Shown here: positions 53,189 through 63,163 of the stretch, in pieces
Layout: the number at the start of each line of letters is the position of its first letter
How positions within the stretch are numbered: position 1 is the first letter of the stretch
Virus record (IMG/VR): IMGVR_UViG_3300031760_000013
Span: 2,458-66,457 of that record
DNA from: a virus
Lineage: Duplodnaviria; Heunggongvirae; Uroviricota; Caudoviricetes
DNA length: 64,000 nucleotides
Reading direction: 5' to 3' (one strand)
Position numbers and translations under genes: made by a program
The notes under the pieces: generated by a model
What the model saw: the letters and a program-made list of their open reading frames with translations, nothing else
Databases searched by the model: none
Told to the model about the DNA's origin: nothing

Positions 53189-55082
53189 TGTAGTATCCTC
53201 CCAAATTTAATATGTGGGTGCAGTACACCCCTACATATCTTACATCACTGCAGGACATGTAGCGACATACTGTCCTGGATACTCTGATTTATAGCGCTGT
53301 CTCCCCCATTACGCCCGTGCTATTCTCTCACGACCGCTGTACCGCTGTGCTCTCTATTGTGCTCCATAACGTTATTCATACTTACCATCCACCGGCAGTC
53401 TATCAGGGCAGATTGACACATGAGTCAAGAGCATGTTTTGTGGATATAGTATCCCCCTGGTTTACTGTTGTCTACTCACATAAGAACATTGTTTCACTAT
53501 TGCTGATGACAGCTCATTACTCCAATTGCAATTATGCTTTTGTCATGTCACGTATGCGCTATGGTTCGGCTATGCACTGTCACTACATTTTTCAATAGTA
53601 ACTACAGCTGTTACCCTACGCTTTTTCGGATATAGACTTTTCAAAGTGCTCCAATAGTGTTTTGGATATTTCACTATTGTCCATAGATATAGTACACCCA
53701 TTGCGTTTAGCGTTACTCTACCAGAGAGCTTGTGCGATACTACCAGAGTATCCTATCACGCTATGGTTTAAACTATATCGGTTTTTCAAGCTGCTGCACT
53801 CTTTCAAGTACATCTACAGTATAGCACATTTTGATTGACTTGTCAAGAGTTTTTTTAAGTTTTTACTTTTGCACTCTAAACAAAAGAATGTAGAATTGTT
53901 TTCACAAGCTAATGTGTTATCTTTCCGCATGTTGTCTTTTGCTTTTTGTGCGTTTGCCTATAGTATCCCCATATTTGCCGAAGCAATTTTTTTTGCTATC
54001 TCAATCCACCGTCCACGCGTATGATTATACTATTGGCATAAGTATAAACTTTTCAATGTGCTTTAGCTGTTTTGTGCTCTCTTTCGATTGCATATACACT
54101 ATAACACATTTTCTTGAGTTTGTCAATAGTGAATTTTGATGATTCACTATTTTTTTCTGCTATCTGTATTCACTTTTCAAAGTGCTACCAAAACGAACCG
54201 AAAGATTTTTGCGGCTGGCTTGTTTTGATGGTGCTATGATAGCACATCAAGTCGTATTTGTCAACAGTTTTTTTCAATTTTTTTGATCACATTTGTTATC
54301 TTTATTCTCACGTCTGTTAACTATTATCTCTCTCACATCTGTTAACTTTTTCTTTCGTCTGTTAACTTTTGCTTTCGATTGTGCATTATGTGATTTTGCA
54401 CAATGGGAAATGGGCGGTGGTTTTGGTTTTCTAATAGTGCCAGGACCGGAAGAGCCAGGTAGTTGCTTTTTCTCCCACACCAACCAAATCTCAAAACTCA
54501 ATCTCACACCACCCAAAATCACCAATCACTCCGCGCAACCAACATTATGCCATAATTTCGCCCATTTAGCAACAGAGGTTAAGCCAAAATATTTTCCAAA
54601 AACAGAAGGGTTGTCTCAACCGCTATCCTGTTTTATTCCTCAACCATGGGTGCATAACCTTTAAATACACTCCCCTTTCGGTATTGGAAAAATTTTCTTT
54701 CTATAGGGATTGACTTTGCCTTTGCCTATTTGGTATACTCAGATCAACCTAAATAAATTACTTGCAGACAGAGGGTTTGACCGCCTCTGTCTCTTGTGTT
54801 ATTGGAGAGAAAACCGGTACATCAAAGTTGCCAAAAAAGTTCCGAATTTTGAAGTGTCATTTTCCATTTTGTACACGGTCTGTGTACAAAACCATTCTGA
54901 CTACCCCAGTAATTACTGGGTTTCTGAGGCTAGCCTTAAAAGAATAAGGAGGGAAGAAAAAGTGAAACCATCAAAAAAGTTCTGAATTCAAAGATTCTTC
55001 ATGGTAGTGTTTACTCAACAGCATAGTAGACCCCGTGAAATCTGTGTACAAAAATTAATAAACGGAGGTTGATAACCGAAAG
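53189..55082. promoter_or_regulatory. about 1.9 kb AT-rich non-coding strand-switch region with iterons and direct repeats (candidate origin and divergent regulatory region)
   Basis: No long ORF with RBS. Genes diverge from here (minus strand to the left, plus strand to the right). Contains three roughly 30-nt direct repeats (53821-53850, 54090-54130, 54238-54268) and three copies of tctgttaact. Confidence 0.55.
54305..54372. repeat. three direct iteron-like repeats C(A/G)TCTGTTAACT(A/T)TT
   Basis: tctgttaact at 54313-54322, 54338-54347 and 54358-54367, with 25 and 20 nt spacing. Confidence 0.6.
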
Positions 55083-56330
55083 ATGACAAACGGGCAGGAA
55101 ACAAATAGAATAAAGCCGATACGAATCATCGATGCCTGTATGGGTAGAGGCAAGACTTCAGCTGCAATAACATATATGGAAGAGAACCGAGGTTCGAAGC
55201 GTTTCCTTTATATTACTCCATATCTTGATGAGACAGAGCGGATATGCGAAGCGTGCGACTTCGAACAGCCGGAGAGCGATCACAGGACAAAGCTTGCTGA
55301 CCTGAAGAGGCTACTTCATCTTGGAAAGAATATATCCTCTACACACGCGCTCTTCTACTTATTGGATGATGCTGCGCTTGATTTGATAAGAGAGAAAGAA
55401 TACAACCTGATACTTGATGAGAGTGTAGAGATGATCCGCAAGGAAAACATATCGCAGAAGGACTTCAACCTGCTGAAAGAGAAGTTCGTATCAGTTGATG
55501 ACGCTGGAAAAGTAATTTGGAGAGACGGCACGTATGAAGGAAGGTTCTCTGATTATATGGAGATGGCGATGTCAGGATCACTGTTTATCAGAGACGGAGC
55601 GTTGATGTATGTTATGCGGCCTGACTTCCTCCAGTCATTTAACGAGATTATAATGATGACATATATGTTTGACGGGCAATACCAGAAGGCGTATCTCAAC
55701 TTCTTTGGATTTGAGTATAAGATATGCGGTATTGATTCCAAGCAGAGAAGCAATGGAAGTATGGAATTCAAGTTCAGTGACCTACCGGATGTCCCGCCGA
55801 ATGTAGACTATCACGGTCTCATCCACATTATAGATGAAAAGAAGTTAAATGAGATTGGCGATGGTAGATACGCCTTGTCGAAAAGATGGTTCGAGCGACG
55901 TGCTGCTGACTCTGATGATATTAAACAGCTTAGGGCTAACATCCGTACATTCTTCCAGAGAAGATGTGGCGCTGCATCATCGGATATCATCTGGACATGT
56001 TTTAAAGGGCAGCATGAGAAGCTGATTGAGAAAGGGCGGTATAGGAATTCGTTTTTGTCATTGACGCTCAGGGCAACCAATAAGTATAAGGATAAACATG
56101 TGGTCGCCTATCTTGCAAATAGATTTGTAGATCCAAACATAGTGAAGTTCTTCGCCGAGAAAGGCGTGTATATAGATAATGACGCATATGCGCTTAGCGA
56201 GATGCTTCAGTTTATTTGGAGAAGCGCCATTCGTGACGGCAACCAGATAACTGTGTACATCCCGAGCAAGAGAATGCGAGACCTCCTTGTTAAGTGGATT
56301 GAAGAAAGGAACAATGGAGGTGAGAGCTGA
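55083..56330 (+). CDS. P-loop NTPase (Walker A/B ATPase), function unknown
   Basis: 415 aa. Walker A DACMGRGKTSAAI near the N-terminus and Walker-B-like LILDES about 90 aa later. First gene of the plus-strand block, directly upstream of the RNAP-like gene. Confidence 0.5.
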   Translation: MTNGQETNRIKPIRIIDACMGRGKTSAAITYMEENRGSKRFLYITPYLDETERICEACDFEQPESDHRTKLADLKRLLHLGKNISSTHALFYLLDDAALDLIREKEYNLILDESVEMIRKENISQKDFNLLKEKFVSVDDAGKVIWRDGTYEGRFSDYMEMAMSGSLFIRDGALMYVMRPDFLQSFNEIIMMTYMFDGQYQKAYLNFFGFEYKICGIDSKQRSNGSMEFKFSDLPDVPPNVDYHGLIHIIDEKKLNEIGDGRYALSKRWFERRAADSDDIKQLRANIRTFFQRRCGAASSDIIWTCFKGQHEKLIEKGRYRNSFLSLTLRATNKYKDKHVVAYLANRFVDPNIVKFFAEKGVYIDNDAYALSEMLQFIWRSAIRDGNQITVYIPSKRMRDLLVKWIEERNNGGES

Positions 56331-56497
56331 TGAAGAAGTCTGAGAACTGGTACGACTACTATGATAATGATATCAATATCGATAAATACATAGAGGCTTG
56401 CCGGAAGGAATATAGAGAGGCCTGGTTCAGTGTGTTTGGAAAAGATGAAGATCTTTATATCTCGGATTATGATGATTACTATGAAGAAATGGAATGA
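56330..56497 (+). CDS. small acidic Tyr/Asp-rich protein
   Basis: 55 aa (MKKSENWYDYYDNDINIDKY...DYDDYYEEME); ATG overlaps the upstream stop (TGATG); below the 60-aa track cut-off. Confidence 0.35.
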   Translation: MKKSENWYDYYDNDINIDKYIEACRKEYREAWFSVFGKDEDLYISDYDDYYEEME

Positions 56498-56690
56498 ATT
56501 TTGCCATATCAACCTAATTAACTTATTTACTTCGTTAATAAACTGTATTTCCATGAGGTGATTTTTTATAAGCAAACAAATAGAACTGCAAAGGTATGTA
56601 TTTAAGATTCACAGCTCGAGGCTGCGTAAGAGTAACTGGAAGCTGACGCTCACTCTGGCTGACGCGCGAAAAAATGAAGAGCTGATATCG

Positions 56691-59291
56691 ATGGGCTCAT
56701 CACAGATCCTTAGATGGATTGACGAGCTGAATGGCATCACTGATGCAGACCAGCGAGCGAGGGACATCCGAGCTGAGATTCAGAGACTACGCAAAGATGC
56801 AAACAGTTCGATTACCAGGCGAGAGATTCGAAGGTTGTATTCGCAGCTCGACTCAATCCAGTTCAAACCTGATTATATGTGCCTTGTGATAGATCGCGAA
56901 AAGGATTACCGGCGTGCATGCAAAGGTTTCTCAATAAATGGTATAAGCTACTCACGCCTTCTTGGTACTGCTGGTGGAATCAAGAACAGCACGATTGTCT
57001 TTGTAAGCGACCGCTATCACGATGAACTTGTCAGGCGTGTAGATAACGGTAGAGATATGTCGCAGGAAATAGTGCCAGCGAAACTGGAGGCTTACAAAGC
57101 TTTGGCGTGCAGCGCGTCCATACCGGTATCTATGCCAAAAGGGATACTTGTAGTACATGACGTTGAAACTACATTCACGGCTGACACAGTCTATCTGGAT
57201 GACGAGAATGATGGCGAGCCTGCAATGAAGTTTGTCCCGGACACAGAGATCACGATGGATGCTACGGACGGGTTCGGTTTAATGCTCCCCTCTCTTGCAG
57301 AACGGTGGAGTGAGGAGTTGCGGCTTGGATATACAATGTCAGGTTGTAACACAAGATTCTCGTTCGAAAAAGGTATGGTGTATGCGTTTGACTTCATAGA
57401 GTTCGCAGAGAATGTCGCGCACAAAAGTATTGTCAAGGATGTCTGGGGTAACGATGTAGATATCCACGAGGTGGAACTTATATTCACTGAGAGCATGCTT
57501 AAGCTCTGGAATGCTTATAAGAGTTGCGACGATTATCTTGAGAACTGTATGGAGAATGGGTACACAATCGGTATACCGAAAACATGTCCAGAGAAACTTG
57601 AGAAGACGAGAACGCTAAACTACCAGTTTATCCAGAGTTATCACTTAGACGACGATGATATTAACGAGCTGATAGCTCCAACTATAAATGAGATTGAAGA
57701 GGTACTGAAGGATGATTGGCGAAAGACAGTGTTGTTTTTACGCGGGGCTGGGTTAAATGAGAGCAATGTCGACTATATTGATAATGGTTTTATCAAAGCA
57801 ATGATGATAGACAGTAGAATTGCTGACGACCCATATGTAAAAAACGCTGTGTATCAGCTGATAAAGAACAGAATCAATGAAGCAAAGATTGGGGTGTTGA
57901 ATGTACACGGGAACTACTCAATGATATCTGGTGACCCGTATACATTGTGTCAAGGAATATTTGGCCTGCCTGTCACAGGTTTATTGAAGGCTGGCGAAAT
58001 ATATAATAAGTTTTGGGTGGATTCTGCTGCAGAGAAGCTTGTTTGTTTCCGAGCTCCTATGAGTACCCACGAAAATATACGTGTGGTAAAAATAAATAGA
58101 GGTGACGATGCGCGGCACTGGTACCAGTATATGCAGACATGTACAGTGCTAAATTCTTGGGACACCATAACAATGGCACTTAACGGCGCGGATTACGATG
58201 GTGACCTTGTCATGCTTTCCGATAACGACGTACTAATCCGAAAGCATCGCGACCTCCCGACCATTATGTGTGTGCAAAGGAAAGCAAAGAAGATGGTCCC
58301 GACAGAACAGGATATTATAAACTCTAACATTGCAAGCTTTGGGAACGAGATCGGGCAAGTAACGAATCGTACGACATCAATGTATGAGGTGCAATCGCAT
58401 TTTGAACCAGACAGCGATGAGTATAGGACATTGAGCTATAGGATTATGTGCGGGCAACTCATTCAACAGAATGTTATTGATAAAACAAAAGGTATTGTTG
58501 CAAAGCCAATGCCAAAGACATGGTATGACAGACATTCTGTAAATCTGATCAGCGACGACGACGAAAGACGTTTTTACAGAAGGATTGTTGCAGACAGGAA
58601 GCCGGCGTTCATGCGGTATATATATCCAGAGCTTATGCGGCAATATAACACATACATAACGAACACGAATAAGAATTCGCTCCGTGAGTTCCAACTGACA
58701 ATTGACGAATTGAAGAGCATCCCATACGATGACCTTACAAGCAGACAGCTCGAGTTTCTACGGTACTATGATATGTATATGCCTGTTGGTACAGGCGATT
58801 GCGTTATGAATACTATTTGCAGGAAGGTCGAACAGAAGTTTGATGGATTTGTTGGCGCTGCATCAAAGAACTCCGAGTTTGATTATACGATTATGAAGAG
58901 CGGCACAAGTTATTTGCAGTGGCAGTATTATGCGATAGAGCGATTGCTCGATGATTATAATAAGAGACTACGCGACTACTCTATATTTTCAATGTATGAG
59001 CGAGAAGATAAGGCAGATAAAATTGATTCTATAAAAGTGATGAATGCACAGTTTGCCCGTGACTGTATGGACATATGCACGAATAGTAAACAGATGTGTG
59101 ACATTTTACTTGATCTTTGTTATAAGAAATCGAAAACGAAAAAATTTGTCTGGGATATATGCGGAGACCAGATAATAGAGAATCTGTTGGAAAAGAATAA
59201 CTGGATTATATCGTATCCGGAGTTAGATGAAAATGGTGAGTTGGCATATGGCGGAGAGCATTTCTCCATGCGAGAAAAGAAGGAGGTCTGA
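56691..59291 (+). CDS. YonO-like single-subunit two-barrel RNA polymerase (putative)
   Basis: 866 aa. Contains ALNGADYDGDLVML. DYDGD is the DxDGD metal-binding loop of double-psi beta-barrel RNA polymerases (compare NADFDGD of the multisubunit beta-prime subunit; shared by YonO of SPbeta and the eukaryotic RNAi polymerases). Confidence 0.55.
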   Translation: MGSSQILRWIDELNGITDADQRARDIRAEIQRLRKDANSSITRREIRRLYSQLDSIQFKPDYMCLVIDREKDYRRACKGFSINGISYSRLLGTAGGIKNSTIVFVSDRYHDELVRRVDNGRDMSQEIVPAKLEAYKALACSASIPVSMPKGILVVHDVETTFTADTVYLDDENDGEPAMKFVPDTEITMDATDGFGLMLPSLAERWSEELRLGYTMSGCNTRFSFEKGMVYAFDFIEFAENVAHKSIVKDVWGNDVDIHEVELIFTESMLKLWNAYKSCDDYLENCMENGYTIGIPKTCPEKLEKTRTLNYQFIQSYHLDDDDINELIAPTINEIEEVLKDDWRKTVLFLRGAGLNESNVDYIDNGFIKAMMIDSRIADDPYVKNAVYQLIKNRINEAKIGVLNVHGNYSMISGDPYTLCQGIFGLPVTGLLKAGEIYNKFWVDSAAEKLVCFRAPMSTHENIRVVKINRGDDARHWYQYMQTCTVLNSWDTITMALNGADYDGDLVMLSDNDVLIRKHRDLPTIMCVQRKAKKMVPTEQDIINSNIASFGNEIGQVTNRTTSMYEVQSHFEPDSDEYRTLSYRIMCGQLIQQNVIDKTKGIVAKPMPKTWYDRHSVNLISDDDERRFYRRIVADRKPAFMRYIYPELMRQYNTYITNTNKNSLREFQLTIDELKSIPYDDLTSRQLEFLRYYDMYMPVGTGDCVMNTICRKVEQKFDGFVGAASKNSEFDYTIMKSGTSYLQWQYYAIERLLDDYNKRLRDYSIFSMYEREDKADKIDSIKVMNAQFARDCMDICTNSKQMCDILLDLCYKKSKTKKFVWDICGDQIIENLLEKNNWIISYPELDENGELAYGGEHFSMREKKEV

Positions 59292-59292
59292 T

Positions 59293-60060
59293 ATGGCAAT
59301 CATTTTAAATGAATACAAATGGGCAGAAAATGCTATACAGGAAAAATCATTAGGGCAGAAACCGATAGAGACTTTAACCCGTATAGCAAAATATTACATA
59401 CAAAATGGTGCAACAAAAAATGATACGAGGAAAATGCTTGATCTGTTCCTGCTGTCATGTGACGCATCTGTATCTCTTGTGAAGTGGGCAGAACGGTTAG
59501 ATAGTATTGTAAAGTATGCAGCAAAGTATCCGCTGATCTCCATTGACCATGTCAGTGTGTCATCTCTGGAGCTTGCCAAAATAAAAGAACTACAGAGTGT
59601 CCAAGTTCAACGCTTGGCGTTCACTCTTTTGTGTATCGCGAAGTTCAATCACATGATAAATGATAAGAACGAATATTGGGTGAATACATCAGATAATGAA
59701 GTGATGAAAATGGCAAATATCGGGACATCTATTAAGCGTCAGAGTCTGATGTATTCCAAGCTTCGTGATGCAGGTATGATTCGCTTTTCCAACAGGGTTG
59801 ATAGCCTAAGTGTACAAGTGCTATTTGTTTGTGGTGACGACGGGGAGATCAAAATATCAGACTTCAGGAATTTGGGGTATCAGTATTTAATGCATGATGA
59901 TGATCGTGGTATATACAAAGTGTGTGAAAATTGCGGGATAACCTTCAAGGCGAGGCAACCGCATACACCCGGGAGACCAAAAAAATATTGTGATAGTTGC
60001 GCTATAAAAGTGAAAATGAAGCAGAACGTGGACTCTATAATGCGTTTAAAATATAAATGA
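59293..60060 (+). CDS. hypothetical protein with C-terminal zinc ribbon
   Basis: Start moved to ATG 59293 behind RBS AAGGAGG (the track ORF starts inside the RNAP gene). C-terminus CENCGITF...CDSC. Confidence 0.45.
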   Translation: MAIILNEYKWAENAIQEKSLGQKPIETLTRIAKYYIQNGATKNDTRKMLDLFLLSCDASVSLVKWAERLDSIVKYAAKYPLISIDHVSVSSLELAKIKELQSVQVQRLAFTLLCIAKFNHMINDKNEYWVNTSDNEVMKMANIGTSIKRQSLMYSKLRDAGMIRFSNRVDSLSVQVLFVCGDDGEIKISDFRNLGYQYLMHDDDRGIYKVCENCGITFKARQPHTPGRPKKYCDSCAIKVKMKQNVDSIMRLKYK

Positions 60061-60201
60061 TGAAATGCATTTTATAAAAAGTAGGAAATAATTAAATACA
60101 GCGATGGCCGGAAATTAGCGGCGTCGCTGTATTTTTGATGTACTGTTAATAATGGAAGGATATATCAGCAAATGTCTTTCTAACAAAAATGAAGAAAAGG
60201 A

Positions 60202-60441
60202 ATGATATTTATAGTACTTATTACAAAGGCCGAAAAGAAGGCGCTGAGCGAAAGATTTCCAAAGGCACAGTTCGTGCGTACTATGGTTCAGAGATCTGAC
60301 CGTGGTCATTATTATTGTGTCGAGGAACCGTACCTTATGAGAGCACTGCGCGATCTGAGACGCGAGAATGTCATAGAGGAGTATCCGCCTCGCAAGAAAG
60401 AAAAGAAGTATTGGGGCAAGAACAATAATGCTAATAGATGA
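60202..60441 (+). CDS. hypothetical basic protein
   Basis: 79 aa ORF. Confidence 0.35.
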   Translation: MIFIVLITKAEKKALSERFPKAQFVRTMVQRSDRGHYYCVEEPYLMRALRDLRRENVIEEYPPRKKEKKYWGKNNNANR

Positions 60442-61636
60442 TCTCTCTAGACGCGCTGGTGAGTCAGAGCTTGAGTATCATAAACGCCTTGTGTACGGGA
60501 AGCTTGTTGATAAAACTCTGTCTGACGTAGACTATCCAGAACTTGCCGAAGCTGTATACGGTAAACAATACTCTAGCGACACGGCGCGTCGTATGTGTTA
60601 CGGGAGTAAATACACTCTTGAGTTAATGGATGATGCGCTCGATAGTGCTATTGCTTCTAAGAGCAGCGCTGATGTGATTGCTGATCTGGAAAGTAAAAAG
60701 ATTGAGCTTGCTAAAGAGCGTCAGAAATTTTTTGATCAGCGCACTGCCTACAATAAACTACTTCGTGATCGTGCGCGTGAGGAAGAGCTCAATGAAATTA
60801 TAGAGCGCTGTATTTCAAATGGAGATCTGCCGGAACTTAACTATGAGAGCCACATAGATGTTTCTGGTAACAATGATTTGCTTGTATCGTTGAATGATAT
60901 TCACTACGGCGCAAACATTGATAATGCATGGGGACGGTATAATTCTGCAATTTGCGCACGAATGATGAATGAGTATCTTGATAGGGTTCTCAAGATAGCC
61001 GATACGCATCAGAGCGAGAACTGTATCGTGTGGTGTGCTGGTGATGCAATTTCTGGGAAGATCCATAGATCTATCCAAGTTACGAATAAAGAGAATATTA
61101 TTGAACAGATTATGGGCGTATCAGAGTTGATCGCTGAGTTTTTGGCTGTTTTGAGCAGGCATTTTAATACTGTCCGTTTTGTGAGTGTCGCTGGGAACCA
61201 TAGCCGGATCGAAGACAACAAAGAGAATGCTGTTACTGGTGAACGGCTTGATAATCTTGTCGAATGGTATCTAGCGGCAAGAATGCAAAACTTTGATAAT
61301 GTGATAATTACAGACGATCACAAACTTGACCAGACGATTTCTGTGTTCCAAGTACGTGGTAAGAACTATGTCATGGTTCATGGAGATTATGACACGCCGA
61401 GCAAAGTTCAAGCATTACAGGCTATGATTAAGGAGCCTATATATGCAGTTCTTTGTGGACACTTGCACCATAATCAGACCGATGTTGTACAGGGTATTAA
61501 AACGATTATGGCAGGAAGTTTTCAGGGGGTAGATTCTTTTTGTGTAGAGAAACGTATTTACGGCACGCCGCAACAGATGGTTTGTGTGTGCGACGAGAAT
61601 GGAGTTGTATGCCACTACGATGTTGAATTTCAGTAA
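60428..61636 (+). CDS. calcineurin-like metallophosphoesterase (SbcD/Mre11-like nuclease candidate)
   Basis: 402 aa. Motifs in order: VWCAGDAISGK (GD), AGNHSRIE (GNH), MVHGDYD, LCGHLHHNQ (GHxH). Confidence 0.55.
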   Translation: MLIDDLSRRAGESELEYHKRLVYGKLVDKTLSDVDYPELAEAVYGKQYSSDTARRMCYGSKYTLELMDDALDSAIASKSSADVIADLESKKIELAKERQKFFDQRTAYNKLLRDRAREEELNEIIERCISNGDLPELNYESHIDVSGNNDLLVSLNDIHYGANIDNAWGRYNSAICARMMNEYLDRVLKIADTHQSENCIVWCAGDAISGKIHRSIQVTNKENIIEQIMGVSELIAEFLAVLSRHFNTVRFVSVAGNHSRIEDNKENAVTGERLDNLVEWYLAARMQNFDNVIITDDHKLDQTISVFQVRGKNYVMVHGDYDTPSKVQALQAMIKEPIYAVLCGHLHHNQTDVVQGIKTIMAGSFQGVDSFCVEKRIYGTPQQMVCVCDENGVVCHYDVEFQ

Positions 61637-61642
61637 AGGAGG

Positions 61643-62680
61643 TTGTGCATAATGGGACGAAAGACAAAAATGACTAGAATCACTAGTCCAGAAAAGATGG
61701 CTTTGATAAACAAAAACAATATCAGGCTCAAAGATGAATTTTTGATGTATCTGAAATCCATCCAACGAAGCCCTGGCACGATCACCGGATACGATAGTGA
61801 CCTGACAATTCTGTTTACATACATACTGGATAATTATGACAACAAAGATTTCCAGCAGCTAAGCAAACGAGACCTGATCGGATTTCAAAACTGGATGGTA
61901 ACGAATGGAAATTCAAGCTCACGAATCAGGAGAGTAAAAGCTGCTATCAGCTCCTTGTCGAATTACTGCGAGAACATATTGGCTGACGACGACCCTGATT
62001 TCGACGGGTTCAGATCTATCGTGAGAAAGATTGAGAACCCTCCTCTTCAGCCGGTCAGAGAAAAGACTGTGCTCGAAGATGATGAGCTTGGGCTTTTGCT
62101 TGACAAGCTTATAGAAAAGAAGCAATACAAGAAAGCTTGTTGCCTTGCACTTGCTATGTATAGCGGTAGACGGAAAGCGGAGCTTCCACGATTTCGCGTT
62201 GAGGATTTTAGCGATGAGCGGCTTGTATGCGATGGTGCACTATATAAAAGCTCACCGATTCAAACCAAAGGGAGGGCAGGTGGAAAGTACCTCGCTTGCT
62301 ATACTCTGGCAAAGAAGTTTAGCCCCTATCTTGATTTATGGATGAAAGACCGAGAAGAGCAAGGGATAGAGAGTGAATGGCTCTTCCCTTCTGCAACTGA
62401 TACTAGCAAACCGATGGGTATATCAACGCTGAATAGTTGGGCAAAGACTTTCTCTGCTATCCTGCAGAATGATTTCTATTGGCATGCCATGAGGCACTAC
62501 TACACAACGTGCCTGACCAGAGCAGGTATCCCAGACGGTGTGATTCAAAGTATTGTTGGTTGGGATTCTGCAGACATGGTCAAGGTCTATAAAGATATTG
62601 ATGCTGATGAAGAGATAGGAATGTATTTTAAAGATGGTGATATCTCCGTTCCGGATAGGAAAGGATTCGGAGATATATAG
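61643..62680 (+). CDS. tyrosine recombinase (phage integrase family)
   Basis: 345 aa. N-terminal core-binding-type domain; C-terminal WHAMRHYYTT (HxxR) and IVGWDSADMVKVY (catalytic Tyr). Confidence 0.7.
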   Translation: MCIMGRKTKMTRITSPEKMALINKNNIRLKDEFLMYLKSIQRSPGTITGYDSDLTILFTYILDNYDNKDFQQLSKRDLIGFQNWMVTNGNSSSRIRRVKAAISSLSNYCENILADDDPDFDGFRSIVRKIENPPLQPVREKTVLEDDELGLLLDKLIEKKQYKKACCLALAMYSGRRKAELPRFRVEDFSDERLVCDGALYKSSPIQTKGRAGGKYLACYTLAKKFSPYLDLWMKDREEQGIESEWLFPSATDTSKPMGISTLNSWAKTFSAILQNDFYWHAMRHYYTTCLTRAGIPDGVIQSIVGWDSADMVKVYKDIDADEEIGMYFKDGDISVPDRKGFGDI

Positions 62681-62696
62681 AATGAAGGGATGATAT

Positions 62697-63161
62697 ATGA
62701 CAAAAAAGGAAATGGCTTCGGCGGTAGCTGGCGTCCTTAGGGAGCGAGGTGTGCGAAAGCCGGTCAGTATTCCAAAACATAAATTCACTATTATCGCTCC
62801 AGATGGTGACAGGGCAGATTTTACAGTCAAGCAAAGCGATATGGAAGTAATATATACCGTAAATGATGTATCGATAATCATCGATGCTATATGTGATACA
62901 ATTGTTGACGCTCTGAAAAGTGGGGACAATATCTCTATTTATGACTTTGGTACATTAAGGTTACATAGGCGCGCTGCACGTAAAGTGAAGCAGCCTGGCA
63001 CTGAGACTTGGTATGATGTCGAGGAAAGACTAGTACCAAAGTTCATTTATGGAAAGAGATTATCTATGGCTGCACGTTCATATGAATTAATTATGAATGA
63101 CTTAGATAAAGAGAAAGAAATAGACAGCGATTTCGACATCGACGAAATTGGTGATGAGTAA
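62697..63161 (+). CDS. HU-like DNA-binding protein with internal insertion
   Basis: 154 aa. N-terminal KKEMASAVAGVL and later DFGTLRLHRRAARKVKQPGTETWYDVEERLVPKFIYGKRL match the HU arm (GFG.F...R.AR.G.NP.TGE...I....VPKFK.GK). An insertion of about 35 aa sits between helix 2 and the arm. Confidence 0.55.
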   Translation: MTKKEMASAVAGVLRERGVRKPVSIPKHKFTIIAPDGDRADFTVKQSDMEVIYTVNDVSIIIDAICDTIVDALKSGDNISIYDFGTLRLHRRAARKVKQPGTETWYDVEERLVPKFIYGKRLSMAARSYELIMNDLDKEKEIDSDFDIDEIGDE

Positions 63162-63163
63162 TG

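Noticed and set aside
54290-54372. Possible CRISPR array, because of the regularly spaced tctgttaact repeats
   Set aside because: Repeats are only 10-12 bp with 8-15 bp AT-rich spacers and no cas genes. This fits iterons or operators better.
236-62345. Numerous plus-strand ORFs antisense to the minus-strand gene array (for example 236..529, 378..815, 2009..2317, 2942..3412, 5055..5396, 7130..7681, 8213..8485, 14199..14489, 22621..23061, 35090..35497, 44475..45111, 46820..47347, 52208..52879) and minus-strand ORFs antisense to plus-strand genes (for example 55553..56080, 56207..56575, 57191..57496, 60815..61221, 61415..61824, 62423..62929)
   Set aside because: They lack RBSs, overlap better-supported co-directional genes with recognisable products, and have low-complexity or hydrophobic translations typical of shadow ORFs.
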